Source: an uncultured delta proteobacterium (lineage in GTDB: Bacteria > Desulfobacterota > RBG-13-43-22). From it: a stretch of DNA of 64,000 nucleotides. A program made the translations under genes and the position numbers. Positions 48,567 through 61,791 of this stretch are shown in pieces. Under the pieces are notes generated by a model. That model ran no database searches and was not told the origin of the DNA. It worked only from the letters and a program-made list of their open reading frames with translations. Numbering within the stretch: the stretch's first letter is position 1; every line of letters starts with the position of its first letter. The stretch covers positions 1 to 64,000 of the forward strand of contig CAWJJC010000013.1 of the NCBI GenBank assembly GCA_963843145.1, in the 5' to 3' direction.

Positions 48567-50935
48567 TAGACCAGCGTCGCGACCGTAGCCCCGGCCCCGC
48601 CTTCCGCTTGGGCGCCGGGTCTGAATTCCTTGACCAGGGGATGGCCCTTTAAATGCTCCCGGACGGCCCGCTGCAGGATCCCTTCACCGAAACCATGCGC
48701 GATAATCACTTCGGTCAGACCGCCCAGGGAGGCCTGATTCAAAAAGGGTTCCAGTCGGGAAAGGGCCTCGTCCACCCGCAGGCCGATCAGGTTCAGGCGG
48801 GCGGGCGGCGATTCCGGGGAGAGAGGCCGCGGCGAGGACTGGGCTTTTCGGGCCGGCTTGATCCCGGCCGGCGGGCTCACTTCCAGCAGCGGGACCTCGA
48901 TTTCAAATCCCTCGGCCCGGACCTTGACCCGTTGTTGCTTTTTAAGGACGGAGACCACCTCGGCATCGTAACCCAGGGAAGAAATATATACCATCCGGCC
49001 TTCCTGGACCTCCTCCAGGGTCAGGGGCCGCCGGGGTTCCCGGCCGGAATACTGCTTTAGTTTTTCATGGACTTCCTCCTGGATTTTCCCCACTTCCTTG
49101 ACGGCTTCCTTGCCCCGGCCCCGACCTTTTTCCCGAATTTCATCCATCAGGGCCTGCATTTGGCGGCGAATGGAAGTCAGGTAGTCCGAGGCCTCCTGAA
49201 AGGTCCTGGCTAAAATCTTTTTCTTTTCCTCTTCCAGGGCCTTTCGTTCCTCCTCCAGGGCCTGCTCTTTGGCGGCCAAAGTCGCTTCGCTCCGTTTGAT
49301 CTCCAGTTGGGCCGTTTCGTATTGCTTTTTCTCCTCGCTCAAGTCAATGATCAAACGGTCCAACCGCACCTTCTGCTCACCCAATAGCCCCCGGGCCGAG
49401 GTGATAATCGAAGGGTCCAGGCCATAACGCTGCGCCACTTCGAGCGCGTGAGAAAGCCCGGGTTCCCCGGCCTTCAAACGGTAGAGCGGCGTCAGGGTCA
49501 GGGGATCGAAAGCCATGGCGGCATTGACCAGGCCTTCCGTATATTCAGCGAAGACCTTGATCCCGGCCAGATGGGTGGTGGCGATCACCAGGGCCCCCTG
49601 TTCCTGAAGTCGTTTCAGGATCGCGCAGGCCAGGGCCGCCCCTTCGTCCGGGTCGGTGCTGGTGCCCAGTTCGTCCAGCAAAACGATCGAACGTTGGTCG
49701 GCCTGACTCAGTATTTCCGACAGGCGGCGGATATGCGCCGAGAAGGTGGAAAGGCTGCTTTCGATGGACTGTTCGTCCCCCATATCCACCAGGAGTTTTT
49801 CAACCAGGGGAAAGCTGGAGGTATCCCGGGCCGGTACCGGCATCCCGGACAAGGCCATGAGGGTCAAGAGGCCCACGGTTTTGAGGGCCACCGTCTTGCC
49901 GCCGGCGTTGGAACCGGTGATGACCATGACCTTACCCTGCTCGCTTAGGCGGATATCCAGGGGCACCACCTCGGCCTTGGCGGCCTGCCGCTGAAAAGAC
50001 AATTCCAGCAGCGGGTGGCGGCCCTGAACCACTTCGAAGAAACCCTCCTGGTTAATCCGCGGCGGTTCCATTCCTAAGCGGTCCGCCATCCGGGCCAGAG
50101 CTTGCAGCAGATCCAGGTCGATCAGGATTCGCAGTTCCACCTCCAGTTCCCGGGTGATCTCCCGAATCCGGGAGGAAAACTCCCGCAGGATGCGGTTTTC
50201 TTCCGCCTTCTCCTCGGCCGTCAGGTTTTCCAATTGGTTGGAGAGCTGAAGGATGGCGGTCGGTTCCACGAAGGCCGTCTCCCCGGACCGGGAAACGTCG
50301 TGGACCACGCCGGGGATCTGGAAGCGGGACTCCATCCGCACCGGAATGACCCAACGGCCGGAACGCTGGGTGACGAAATCGTCCTGCAGCAGGTTGGCCA
50401 GGCTATGGTCCCGAATCAGGTCGGTGAGCTGTTTACGAATCCGGGCCTCCACCTGCCTGACCTGGGAGCGCAAATCCGCCAGCAGGAATGAGGCCTGGTC
50501 GAGGATATGCCCTTCGTCGTCCAGGGAACGTCTGAGGGCTTGCCACAATTCCGGATGGCCGTTGAAACCCGCTATCAGCTCGCGGAGATTCGGCAGGTCG
50601 GCTCGTTCCCTGATCTGCAGACCCAGGGCTTCGATCAGGCCCAGGACCGGCCCGAAGGCGGCCAACTCGATCGGCTCCAAAATGGCCCCTTGAGGACGAA
50701 CCCGGACCAGAAAGGGCTGCAAATCGACAAAGGGGAACAGGGACAAAGGGACCCCCTCCCGATCTAAGCGGCGGATCTCCTCGATCCGGACCTGGCGCTG
50801 TTGAATGGCTTCTTGGCTTCCTAAAGGCTCTATGGACCGGATGGCCTTTCGGGAGGCCTCGCTGTGGGCCGCTTCGGCCGTTAGGATCAACAGTTTATGA
50901 AATTCTAATTGTTCGCGGGTGGCGACGGGGATCAT
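48566..50935 (-). CDS. mutS2: Endonuclease MutS2 (Smr domain)
   Basis: GVVHDVSRSG, GSNAGGKT, LSTFSAH, DELGTSTDP, coiled coil, KOW-like segment, C-terminal Smr HGFGEG...GGAG. Confidence 0.95.
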   Translation of the reverse strand: MIPVATREQLEFHKLLILTAEAAHSEASRKAIRSIEPLGSQEAIQQRQVRIEEIRRLDREGVPLSLFPFVDLQPFLVRVRPQGAILEPIELAAFGPVLGLIEALGLQIRERADLPNLRELIAGFNGHPELWQALRRSLDDEGHILDQASFLLADLRSQVRQVEARIRKQLTDLIRDHSLANLLQDDFVTQRSGRWVIPVRMESRFQIPGVVHDVSRSGETAFVEPTAILQLSNQLENLTAEEKAEENRILREFSSRIREITRELEVELRILIDLDLLQALARMADRLGMEPPRINQEGFFEVVQGRHPLLELSFQRQAAKAEVVPLDIRLSEQGKVMVITGSNAGGKTVALKTVGLLTLMALSGMPVPARDTSSFPLVEKLLVDMGDEQSIESSLSTFSAHIRRLSEILSQADQRSIVLLDELGTSTDPDEGAALACAILKRLQEQGALVIATTHLAGIKVFAEYTEGLVNAAMAFDPLTLTPLYRLKAGEPGLSHALEVAQRYGLDPSIITSARGLLGEQKVRLDRLIIDLSEEKKQYETAQLEIKRSEATLAAKEQALEEERKALEEEKKKILARTFQEASDYLTSIRRQMQALMDEIREKGRGRGKEAVKEVGKIQEEVHEKLKQYSGREPRRPLTLEEVQEGRMVYISSLGYDAEVVSVLKKQQRVKVRAEGFEIEVPLLEVSPPAGIKPARKAQSSPRPLSPESPPARLNLIGLRVDEALSRLEPFLNQASLGGLTEVIIAHGFGEGILQRAVREHLKGHPLVKEFRPGAQAEGGAGATVATLV

Positions 50936-51840
50936 GACTGGGTCGAACCTCCTAACAGGCGCAGGGGGACAATCAGGGTAAAAAAAGGCAGCAGGTACAT
51001 TACCGACAGGGTCGCGGCCAGGGGTCCGAAAAAACGGGCGGAGAAAACCACCACCAGGATATTATTGACATAAGCCAGGGAGACCGTCTGGGCCAGACGC
51101 ACCTCCGTCGGCTGGCTCCTGAAGACAACCCAGCCGACTCCATGAAATATCAGGGCCAGCAGGTAGGCGACCAGGGTGGCGTTCAGGATTTCCAGGGGAC
51201 GCTCCCAGAAGAAACCCTGGTAGCGGGAAAAGATCGCCAGATTAATACAGGCAAAGCAGAAGAGCGACAAAGGATAGCGGACGGCAGTAAGCCTTTCCAA
51301 AAATCGGGGGCAGATCCTCCGCAGGACGGTCGCCAAAAGGGCCGGGAAAAAAATGACCAAGGCCAGGACTTGAAACATGGCTCCGAAGGAAATCTGCATT
51401 TCCGCTCCCGATAAAAATCGGACCAATAAGGGGAGGGAAAAGGGGAGGAAGAGGGAGGTCAGTACCACCAGGCCCAGCACCAGGGTGGTTTGCGCCCCCA
51501 CCAGTCCGGAGATAAAGGGGGCCGTCACCCCGGTGGAAACGCCGCTCAGCAGCAGGACCGGAAGGGCGTATTCCGGCCAGAGCCAATCGAACAGAAAATA
51601 AAGAACGATCGGCAAAGCCAGGAGTTTGATGATCCCCAAAATGAATAAATGGAAGCCGTGTTTTTTCCAGGAAGTCCAGACTTCGTCCATTTTCAACTGC
51701 AGGAAACTCAGGAAAAGGAGAAATATCAGGAAATAGGTCAGTCCGGAGGTCAGGGGTCTCCCCAGGGCAGGCCAGGAAAGGCCCAGGCCCATGGAGCCGA
51801 AAATCGTTATCAAAAGGATTAAATCCTTCAAGCCAAACAT
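50932..51840 (-). CDS. Bile acid:sodium symporter family transporter
   Basis: About ten TM helices; LVVLTSLFLPFSLP pattern. Confidence 0.8.
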   Translation of the reverse strand: MFGLKDLILLITIFGSMGLGLSWPALGRPLTSGLTYFLIFLLFLSFLQLKMDEVWTSWKKHGFHLFILGIIKLLALPIVLYFLFDWLWPEYALPVLLLSGVSTGVTAPFISGLVGAQTTLVLGLVVLTSLFLPFSLPLLVRFLSGAEMQISFGAMFQVLALVIFFPALLATVLRRICPRFLERLTAVRYPLSLFCFACINLAIFSRYQGFFWERPLEILNATLVAYLLALIFHGVGWVVFRSQPTEVRLAQTVSLAYVNNILVVVFSARFFGPLAATLSVMYLLPFFTLIVPLRLLGGSTQS

Positions 51841-52029
51841 TTCGGAAAAAGTATAGGGTGGGGCTGCTTATCCTGTCAAACAAAAAGCCTGAAAACTCCT
51901 CCTGAAAACTTCTATTGATCTGTGCCGGGTTTTGCATTATGATCCCTCTCTAAAAACCACCCCGCACGTTTTTCCTCTTTGGAGGAAATCTTTAACGATA
52001 TTCCTACAACTCGAAAAAGGAGACCCGTC

Positions 52030-53772
52030 ATGGAAGAACAGCTTTGGCACAAGTTTAAATGGCCCGCGGAGGTCCCCCATTTCCTGACCTACGAACCCCA
52101 GCCGCTCTTCAAGATTCTTGAAGAAACAGCCCAAAAATATCCTAACCGCACCTACACCATCTTTGCCGATCACGAACAGACCTACCGGCAAATCCTGGAC
52201 ATGGCCGACCGGGTGTCCACTTTTCTGGTCCGGAAAGGCATCCAGCGGGGCGATCGGGTGGCCCTCTTCCTGCCCAATGTCCCCCATTTCCCGGTGACCT
52301 TTTTCGGAGCCCTCAAATCCGGGGCGGTCGGTGTCACCTGCAACCCCCTGTATAAGGCCAACGAACTGAACTTTCAGTTGAAAGATTGCGGGGCTAAGGC
52401 CCTGTTCGTCCTGGATCATCCGGTCATCTATCCCACGGCCCTGGAGGCCCTGAAAGGGACCGACGTCCAAACGGTCGTGGTTTGCTCCGTCAAGGATTTT
52501 CTCCCTCCCCTCAAAGCCGTCCTGGGCGGGCTGCTGGGAAAGATTCCCAAGGCCCCGGCCCTGGATCCAAAACACCTCCTTTTTAAGGAGGTGTTGAAGA
52601 CCCCGCCTTCCCCTCCCAAGCTGGACATTGATCCTGTGGAGGACCTGGCCCTGATCCTTTACACCGGCGGCACCACGGGGGTTCCCAAGGGGGCCTCCTT
52701 AACCCATAACAACATTTACTCCAACCTGAGGATGATCGAGGAGTGGGCCCGGTTGGAACCCAAGGAAGGCGGGCCGAGCATCAAGGTCTCCGAGACCGAA
52801 CAGACCTACATGGGGGTTTTACCCTGGTACCATTCCTATGGCTTGACCCTGACCCTGATGTCGTGTTGCCTGAGCGGCTTCCGGGTCGTCTGTGTACCCG
52901 ACCCCCGGGCCGGGAACCCGCCCTTCACCGAGGTCCTGAAGCTGATCCAAAAATACAAGGTTACCATCCTGCATGGGGTCCCGACCCTCTACAGCGCCAT
53001 TATCAATCATCCCCTGATCAAGCAGTTCGATCTCAGCTCGATCATTTATTGTTCTTCCGGGGCGGCGCCCCTGCCCCTGGAGGTGGCCAAACAATTTGAG
53101 GAACTGACTAAGGGGGGACTCCTGGTGGAAGGCTACGGTCTGAGCGAGACCTCCCCGGTGACTCACACTAACCCGACCAACCGTCGGGGACGTAAATTCG
53201 GGACCATCGGCCTGCCTCTGCCGGACACGATGGTCAAAATTATCGACGTGGAGACCGGGGACCAGGAAATGCCCCGGGGAGAGGACGGGGAAATCGCCCT
53301 GAGCGGACCCCAGGTGATGAAAGGCTATTGGAACAAACCGCAGGAAAATGAAAAAGTATTTCGGATGATCGACGGCCGCCGTTATTTCCTGACCGGGGAC
53401 ATCGGACACCTGGACGAGGAAGGCTTCACGGTCATTACCGACCGCAAGAAAGACATGATCATCGTCGGCGGCATGAAGGCTTTCCCCCGGGAGGTGGAAG
53501 AAGTCCTCTATGAGCATCCCAAAGTAGCCAATGCCGCCGTCATCGGCATCCCCGACGCCCGCAGCGGGGAATCCGTCAAGGCCTTTGTCCAGCTTAAGGC
53601 CGGGGAGACGGCCACCGAGGAAGAGATTATCGAATTCTGTCGCGACCGGATGGCGGCCTACAAACGACCCCACGCCGTGGAGTTCCGCGAGGCCCTGCCC
53701 ATGACGCCGGTAGGCAAGATCTTACGGCGGGTCTTGAAGGACGAGGAGAAGCAGAAAAGGCAGGCGAAATAA
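52030..53772 (+). CDS. fadD: Long-chain fatty acid-CoA ligase
   Basis: YTGGTTGVPKG, EGYGLSETSP, TGDIG, DRKKDMI, GKILRR. Confidence 0.93.
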   Translation: MEEQLWHKFKWPAEVPHFLTYEPQPLFKILEETAQKYPNRTYTIFADHEQTYRQILDMADRVSTFLVRKGIQRGDRVALFLPNVPHFPVTFFGALKSGAVGVTCNPLYKANELNFQLKDCGAKALFVLDHPVIYPTALEALKGTDVQTVVVCSVKDFLPPLKAVLGGLLGKIPKAPALDPKHLLFKEVLKTPPSPPKLDIDPVEDLALILYTGGTTGVPKGASLTHNNIYSNLRMIEEWARLEPKEGGPSIKVSETEQTYMGVLPWYHSYGLTLTLMSCCLSGFRVVCVPDPRAGNPPFTEVLKLIQKYKVTILHGVPTLYSAIINHPLIKQFDLSSIIYCSSGAAPLPLEVAKQFEELTKGGLLVEGYGLSETSPVTHTNPTNRRGRKFGTIGLPLPDTMVKIIDVETGDQEMPRGEDGEIALSGPQVMKGYWNKPQENEKVFRMIDGRRYFLTGDIGHLDEEGFTVITDRKKDMIIVGGMKAFPREVEEVLYEHPKVANAAVIGIPDARSGESVKAFVQLKAGETATEEEIIEFCRDRMAAYKRPHAVEFREALPMTPVGKILRRVLKDEEKQKRQAK

Positions 53773-53797
53773 TCTTAAGGAATCCATTTTATCGGAT

Positions 53798-53855
53798 TCC
53801 TAACGTACCGGTTCAGCGACGGCGGTAAGCCGGCCGCTGGAACCGGTAGCTAGCC
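53798..53855 (-). mobile_element. Integron attC-like site (58 bp) downstream of katG
   Basis: Minus strand GGCTAGC-5nt-GTTCCAGC-18nt-GCTGAAC-6nt-GTTAGGA fits R''/L''/L'/R' geometry, with a mutated R''. Confidence 0.6.
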
Positions 53856-53907
53856 GACCGTTTTTTCGCCACCCGGTCAGAAGCCCTCGAAGACCTTTAG
53901 GCTGCAA

Positions 53908-56593
<2,686 letters not shown>

Positions 56594-56729
56594 GGTCAAT
56601 ACGACTAAAAGAATTATTTATTGAGAATTATTATTTCTAAAAATAGTTTATCGAAAAGGGTCCGGTTGTCAAGAAAAATTCTTTCACCCAATGCAGGCAA
56701 ACCTCCCGGGCTGAATGGTCTCAGGACAG

Positions 56730-57506
56730 CTATCCCATCCGGTGTTGTTTGAGGACCTCCCCCAGCCGCTCCCCTTTTTCATTGTATTTCTGATAGTGAT
56801 CCAACGTCCGGTCCAGGGTCTTCAGCAAATCCTCTTCGGAACAAATCCCGGCCAATTCTTCCCCCAATTGCGGATGCCGTCCCAACTTGCCCCCCACCAG
56901 AACGCGGTAACCCTTTTCCCCTTCCGCCAGGGTCCCGGTCGGGCACACCTTGAGGCATTGGCCGCAGGAGAGGCAGCGGTCCGGATCGATCAGCGGCAGG
57001 TTCAGGGTTTCATCCAAAACGATTGCCTTCTCCTGACAGGCTTCGATACAGGCCCCGCAAAGCGTGCAGGGCTCGTCGCCGATCCTCGGACGGAGTGCCC
57101 CGATAATCCCGAAGTCCACGATCTGGGGCCGGGAGCAGGCGTTGGGACAGGCGGACAGGGAAACGCGGAATTCGTGGTGCATCTTTAAAGGGCCCTGGAC
57201 TTTCTCTTTCAGAAAGCCTCTCAGGTTCCGCTGCTCCAGTTTTTCTTCCAGTTTCTGAACCAGTTCCGGATCGACGACCAACGCGTTCGGGCAGCCCGTG
57301 GGGCCGAAGCAGGCCTCAACCTGATACCCCTTGACCTCCCGATCCATGTTCTGGAGAAAACGCTGCTGGCAGGTCTTGACCAGATCCAGGGTTACCACCG
57401 GGTTGCCCTGCCGTTCGGCCTCTTCCTCAACCCGTTTTTTAACCCTTTTGCGAATAAAAAAGGGGACTTTGGAAACAGCCCCCTCGGCTTCAGCGGTCCA
57501 TTTCAT
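56730..57506 (-). CDS. NIR/SIR-domain 4Fe-4S protein with an N-terminal PCP_red-like domain
   Basis: MKWTAEAE..VSKVPFFIR; SACPNACSRP; two CxxCxxCxxxC motifs; VGGKLGRHP. Confidence 0.8.
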   Translation of the reverse strand: MKWTAEAEGAVSKVPFFIRKRVKKRVEEEAERQGNPVVTLDLVKTCQQRFLQNMDREVKGYQVEACFGPTGCPNALVVDPELVQKLEEKLEQRNLRGFLKEKVQGPLKMHHEFRVSLSACPNACSRPQIVDFGIIGALRPRIGDEPCTLCGACIEACQEKAIVLDETLNLPLIDPDRCLSCGQCLKVCPTGTLAEGEKGYRVLVGGKLGRHPQLGEELAGICSEEDLLKTLDRTLDHYQKYNEKGERLGEVLKQHRMG

Positions 57507-57635
57507 GGATACCCCCCCTTGAAGGGAGATGGAAGAGGGAAGATGGGAGCGGGAAGCAAGGACCCTTTGCAGACAGTTTGCGGCCTGCCGGTCCATGGAA
57601 CGACCAGGCGGCTCCCGATTCCATCAGCCTTCTTG

Positions 57636-58010
57636 CTATTTCCTCCGTTTTTTCACGGCCTCCGGCGTCACTGCCGATCCCTTGTTGGACCAGCCTTGGC
57701 GGATGTAGGTGACCAGGGAGGCTATTTGTTGGTCATTAAACGAATCCTTCCAGGTCGGCATCTGCCCCAGCGTGCCCTTTCTCCCCTGGAGCACCGTATC
57801 AATCACCCGGGCAGGGTCGCCGACCACAAACGGGTTCTTATCCAGGGCCGGGAATTTGTTCGGCAGCCCCTGACCGTTCACCCGGTGGCAGTCGGCGCAG
57901 GTATTTTCGAAAAGCTTCTTACCCTCTTTGAACAAGGCCTCAGGCCCCTGAGCCAGGACCTGAGGCGCCATCCCGAGGGCCAGCAGGCCCACAATTAAAA
58001 CGATTCGCAT
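57636..58010 (-). CDS. Monoheme class I cytochrome c
   Basis: Signal peptide; CADCH; FPAL; distal MP. Confidence 0.9.
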   Translation of the reverse strand: MRIVLIVGLLALGMAPQVLAQGPEALFKEGKKLFENTCADCHRVNGQGLPNKFPALDKNPFVVGDPARVIDTVLQGRKGTLGQMPTWKDSFNDQQIASLVTYIRQGWSNKGSAVTPEAVKKRRK

Positions 58011-58014
58011 AGGA

Positions 58015-58180
58015 TCATCTCGCTTTGGCGGCCGCCGTGGGCAGACCGGAAAATTTGACCGGGGTAATCATCTCTTGGGTACCAAAGGGATCCTTGAATT
58101 CAAACTCCGGTCGGAATTTGAGCTTCTTGACGCCCCGGTTTTCAATGTATTTGGCCATTTCCAGATTGAGGGGGCAAGGC
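58015..58180 (-). pseudogene. Possible C-terminal stub of a multiheme cytochrome c nitrite reductase
   Basis: Hand translation LNLEMAKYIENRGVKKLKFRPEFEFKDPFG...*; similarity recalled, not searched. Confidence 0.4.
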
Positions 58181-58677
58181 GCATGGGGTCCTCCCGTTTA
58201 AATGGTTGTTTAGGATTGATCCCTTGAAGCCTAATTTTTAAATGATGCCCTTAATACTCAAAAACATAAATAAGGTGAATGGGGTATTTTTTGATAAAAA
58301 TGGCGGTATTTTTATTGCCGCCCTGTTGCCAATTTCCCCCCTGTTCGGGGTGGGCACCTGCGTAGCAAGAAAATAACCTTGCCAAGTGCCAGTTATTAAG
58401 CCTTTAGTTAGATACAAAGACATTCCGGCGCAAGCCGAACGCCAAGGCTCAGTAAAGCTATTGCCTGCTGAACCCTCATACCTGGGGGCAGGCATCCCGA
58501 AGCATCGAGAATCAAGGGGTAGACATAATCCTAACTGATTAACATTAATAAACGATTATTATAAATGCCCGGTGGCACCAATTCTATTTTCGTATTAAGC
58601 TATTGGTGTAAATTCGAAGGGTGTAGCAAGGTGGGGGATTTTTCTCAGGGCTGCCTTGGGGCTGGACATCACCCTTC

Positions 58678-60669
58678 TCAAGGCATGACCGCTTCCAGCG
58701 CCGCCTTCAGATCCGCCATCGAGTAGGGTTTGGTTAAAAAGACCTGGGGCTTCTCGGCGGGAGCCCCTTCCATGGCTTGGGCCTGGCTGTAGCCGCTGGC
58801 CAGGATCACCGGCAAATCCGGCCGCAGGGCCCGGAGGGCCGTCAAGGTCTGCCAGCCGTCGAGGCGCGGCATGGTGAGGTCGAGGAGCACGCAGCCGATC
58901 CGGTCCTGATGCCGGCGAAACACCTCCAAGGCCTCGATGCCATCGACCGCCGTCACTTCCTCATAGCCCAGTCGCCGGAGCAACGCCTGGTCCATTTTAC
59001 GAACCGAGGCTTCATCTTCCACCACCAACACCCATCCTCGGCCGGGTTGAGGGGCGGTAGGGATAGCCTCCTCTTCCCGGGCCGGGAGTAGTGCCTGATC
59101 GGGCAGAGGCAGGAATACCCGAAAGGTGGTGCCTCGGCCGGCCTTGGTCTCCACGGCCAAGGCTCCCTCCTGGGCCCCGGCCAAACCCAACACCACGGCT
59201 AGTCCCAAGCCCCGGCCGGTCAATTTAGTAGTGAAAAAGGGATCAAAAATCTTTTCCAGAATCGACGAATCCATTCCGCCGCCCTCATCAGAAACCGAAA
59301 GGCAGAGGTAGGACTCTTCCCGCGGTTCCCAGTTTACCGGGAAAAATCGTAAGAGGCGAATCTCCGCCGCCGGGATTACGGAGACGGATACGGCAACCTC
59401 TCCCACCCGGTCGCCCATGGCCTCCCCGGCATTCACCACCAAGTTAGTCAGGATTTGCCGGAGATGCAGCGCATCGGCCCGGATGATAAGCTTCGGGACG
59501 GAAGAATCAGTCTTCAGTCGCACCTCTTTCGGCAGGGAGGCGCTCAATAGCGGCTGGGCTTCTCTCAAGACCTGGACCACGTCCAGCGGCTCCCTCCGGA
59601 CAAGGGTTTTGCCCAAATAGGCGAGCATCAGAGCACTGACCTCGGCCGCCCGACGGGAGGCCTTCAAGGCCTCCTCCAGGTTATCGCGAGTGGACGATGC
59701 CGAGGGCAGATCCCAAAGAGCCATCTCCAGATTCCCGATCACCACTCCGAGCAGGTTATTGAAATGATGGGCAATCGCCCCGGCCATCCGCCCCAGGCTC
59801 TCCGACTTCTCCATCTGCTGAAGGCGGCGTTCCATCTCCAATCGCTCCCGCTCCAAACGTTTAGGCTCAGTGATATCCGTGGCGATATGAATGACCTTCT
59901 TGAGGTGGCCGTCGGCATCGGATATCGGGGTGCAGGAGACCAAATAAATGCCGCCTAGTGCTTCCGCCTCCATTTCGACCGTCTCCGGGGAACCTGAAGT
60001 CATCATTTTTTGAAACGGACACCCGCTGGGGGGGTGATCGCTGCGGTGAAAGACCTCGTAGCAGGGTTTTCCCCGGAGGATTTCCAACGGCTGTCCGGTG
60101 GCTTTCTGCACGGCCAGGTTGGCGGCGATAATTTTAGATTGGGGATCGAGGATCAACACAGGCTGCCCGATGGCCTGGAAGATGGTATCCCACTCAACCA
60201 GAGTACCATTACGCGCCTCTTCCGCCCGCTTCCGAGCCGTGACATCACGGGAAAACCCGAAAATCCCGATAAGCTTTTCTTCCTGGTCGCGAAGACCTTT
60301 GACGGCTGTTTCCAAAACCCGGAGGGAACCGTCCTTGTGGAGATAACCTAATTCCAAAGTGATGACGCGATAAGGGTCGACGGAAGAGTCCTGTTCCCGA
60401 TCGATCTCCGGGGACAGCGTATCAGCGGCCAATTTGAAGGATTCGGGAGCAAGCCGCTCCTGGATAGGCTGCCCCATTCGTTCTTCGGGGGTGTACCCCA
60501 GGACTTTCTCTATCGACGGACTCACATAGGTCAGTTGCAGGCTGAGATCCGTGGTAAAGACAATATCTTCCATGTTCTCTACGAGTAACCGATAATTCAC
60601 TGGGGAGCAGTCCACTCCCTCCCCCGCTTGCTTTCCGGTTTTTGGCTGTTTCAACCCTTGGACCTCCAT
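58678..60669 (-). CDS. Hybrid sensor kinase PAS-PAS-HisKA-HATPase-REC
   Basis: Two PAS domains; AIAHHFNNLL; NLVVNA, DEGGGM, FFTTK, GLGL; REC LLDLTMP...KP. Confidence 0.93.
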   Translation of the reverse strand: MEVQGLKQPKTGKQAGEGVDCSPVNYRLLVENMEDIVFTTDLSLQLTYVSPSIEKVLGYTPEERMGQPIQERLAPESFKLAADTLSPEIDREQDSSVDPYRVITLELGYLHKDGSLRVLETAVKGLRDQEEKLIGIFGFSRDVTARKRAEEARNGTLVEWDTIFQAIGQPVLILDPQSKIIAANLAVQKATGQPLEILRGKPCYEVFHRSDHPPSGCPFQKMMTSGSPETVEMEAEALGGIYLVSCTPISDADGHLKKVIHIATDITEPKRLERERLEMERRLQQMEKSESLGRMAGAIAHHFNNLLGVVIGNLEMALWDLPSASSTRDNLEEALKASRRAAEVSALMLAYLGKTLVRREPLDVVQVLREAQPLLSASLPKEVRLKTDSSVPKLIIRADALHLRQILTNLVVNAGEAMGDRVGEVAVSVSVIPAAEIRLLRFFPVNWEPREESYLCLSVSDEGGGMDSSILEKIFDPFFTTKLTGRGLGLAVVLGLAGAQEGALAVETKAGRGTTFRVFLPLPDQALLPAREEEAIPTAPQPGRGWVLVVEDEASVRKMDQALLRRLGYEEVTAVDGIEALEVFRRHQDRIGCVLLDLTMPRLDGWQTLTALRALRPDLPVILASGYSQAQAMEGAPAEKPQVFLTKPYSMADLKAALEAVMP

Positions 60670-61089
60670 AACGAAGTTAGTTTTCCTTGCAGAGAGGGCG
60701 CCATTTCCAAAAGGTACCGATAATAACCAGCCTACCTGGAATCTTCATCTCGTTATTTTCCGATACTCAGTGGAGATATACCGGATCAGACATAAGCTAA
60801 AGTCTTCCTCCCCTGAGAGGGGAAATGGGAATAGATTCTGTAGAAAAAGAAGGAAGACTGAAGTTCGGATACTCCGGAAAATTCTATTTGTCAAGACAAT
60901 ACTGGGGGACTCGCAAGTAGTCCGTCAACAGCCCGAGCGCGAATAAGCGCCGGGCTGGGGTAGGGGTGGAACAATTGGAAATCACTTCAAAAGTCCACAG
61001 AGAGGTCGTTGCCAGGAGTGAAGCGACGAAGCAATCCAACAAAATCATTTACTTATCAATTATTATTCAATGCCTTTTTCTCACAACTT

Positions 61090-61520
61090 ACCCACCCTAA
61101 GTCCCACCGGAAAGTCCTTGAGAAGGAATCGATTCTGACCAGCTCCCGCAGGCAATTGAGGCCGCCCATACCCGGCATTCCCCAATCGAGGAGGACCAGG
61201 TCAATTTTCCCCGAGCGGGTTTGAAGATATTCCAGCGCCGCCTCGCCGCAGTCGGCGGCGAAAACCTGATACCCGTGGCGCTGCAGGATCTGGACGGAGA
61301 TCCAGATCGATCATTTTCGGGATGGTCCGCCTCAACACTTTTCCCGCTTCCAGAATTTCCTGATTCAGGTCGAGGGGGCGTCGGTTCCCTTCCACCTTGC
61401 GGCTGAAGGTCAGCAATTGACGAATAAGCTGGGCCGCCCGCTGAACGGCTTTTTGAATCCCCAGCAGCTCCTGATGCCCGGGGTCTCTTGCGGATTTATC
61501 CCAAAGAAGCAATTGAGCAT
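61090..61520 (-). pseudogene. Internally deleted hybrid histidine kinase fragment
   Basis: RAAQLIRQLLTFSRK...RTIPKMI joined to REC piece IDLVLLDWGMPGMGG; no start, cut by a REP element. Confidence 0.7.
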
Positions 61521-61531
61521 TTGTTTTTGCC

Positions 61532-61630
61532 GTCATGCCGGACGCGATCCGGCATCCAGTCCTTTGAGGCTTAGGTGAGGCCTGGATTCCGGATCGCGTC
61601 ACGCCTTAGGCGTGACTTGTCCGGAATGAC
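61532..61630. repeat. REP-like palindromic element
   Basis: gtcatgccgg...atccag/ctggattccgg...ccggaatgac; same family as 17490. Confidence 0.8.
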
Positions 61631-61791
61631 GAGCTGACTCGACCTGTTTAAAGCTTATTTTCATGCTTCGGGGTGCCCGCCCCGGGCCTGGGGGTTTAGT
61701 ACGAAAATAGCCTCTTTGACCTGCTACCTGGCCAATAATCAATAATTAATTGATAATTAACAATTGGCTATTGATTATTAAAATCATCTGG

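Noticed and set aside
56610-56645. AT-rich PerR/Fur box upstream of perR
   Set aside because: Plausible by position, but the palindrome is too imperfect to call without a matrix.
58380-58520. Possible c-di-GMP or c-di-AMP riboswitch hairpins
   Set aside because: Hairpins exist (tgcctgc...gcaggca), but I could not match the consensus motifs; needs an Rfam scan.
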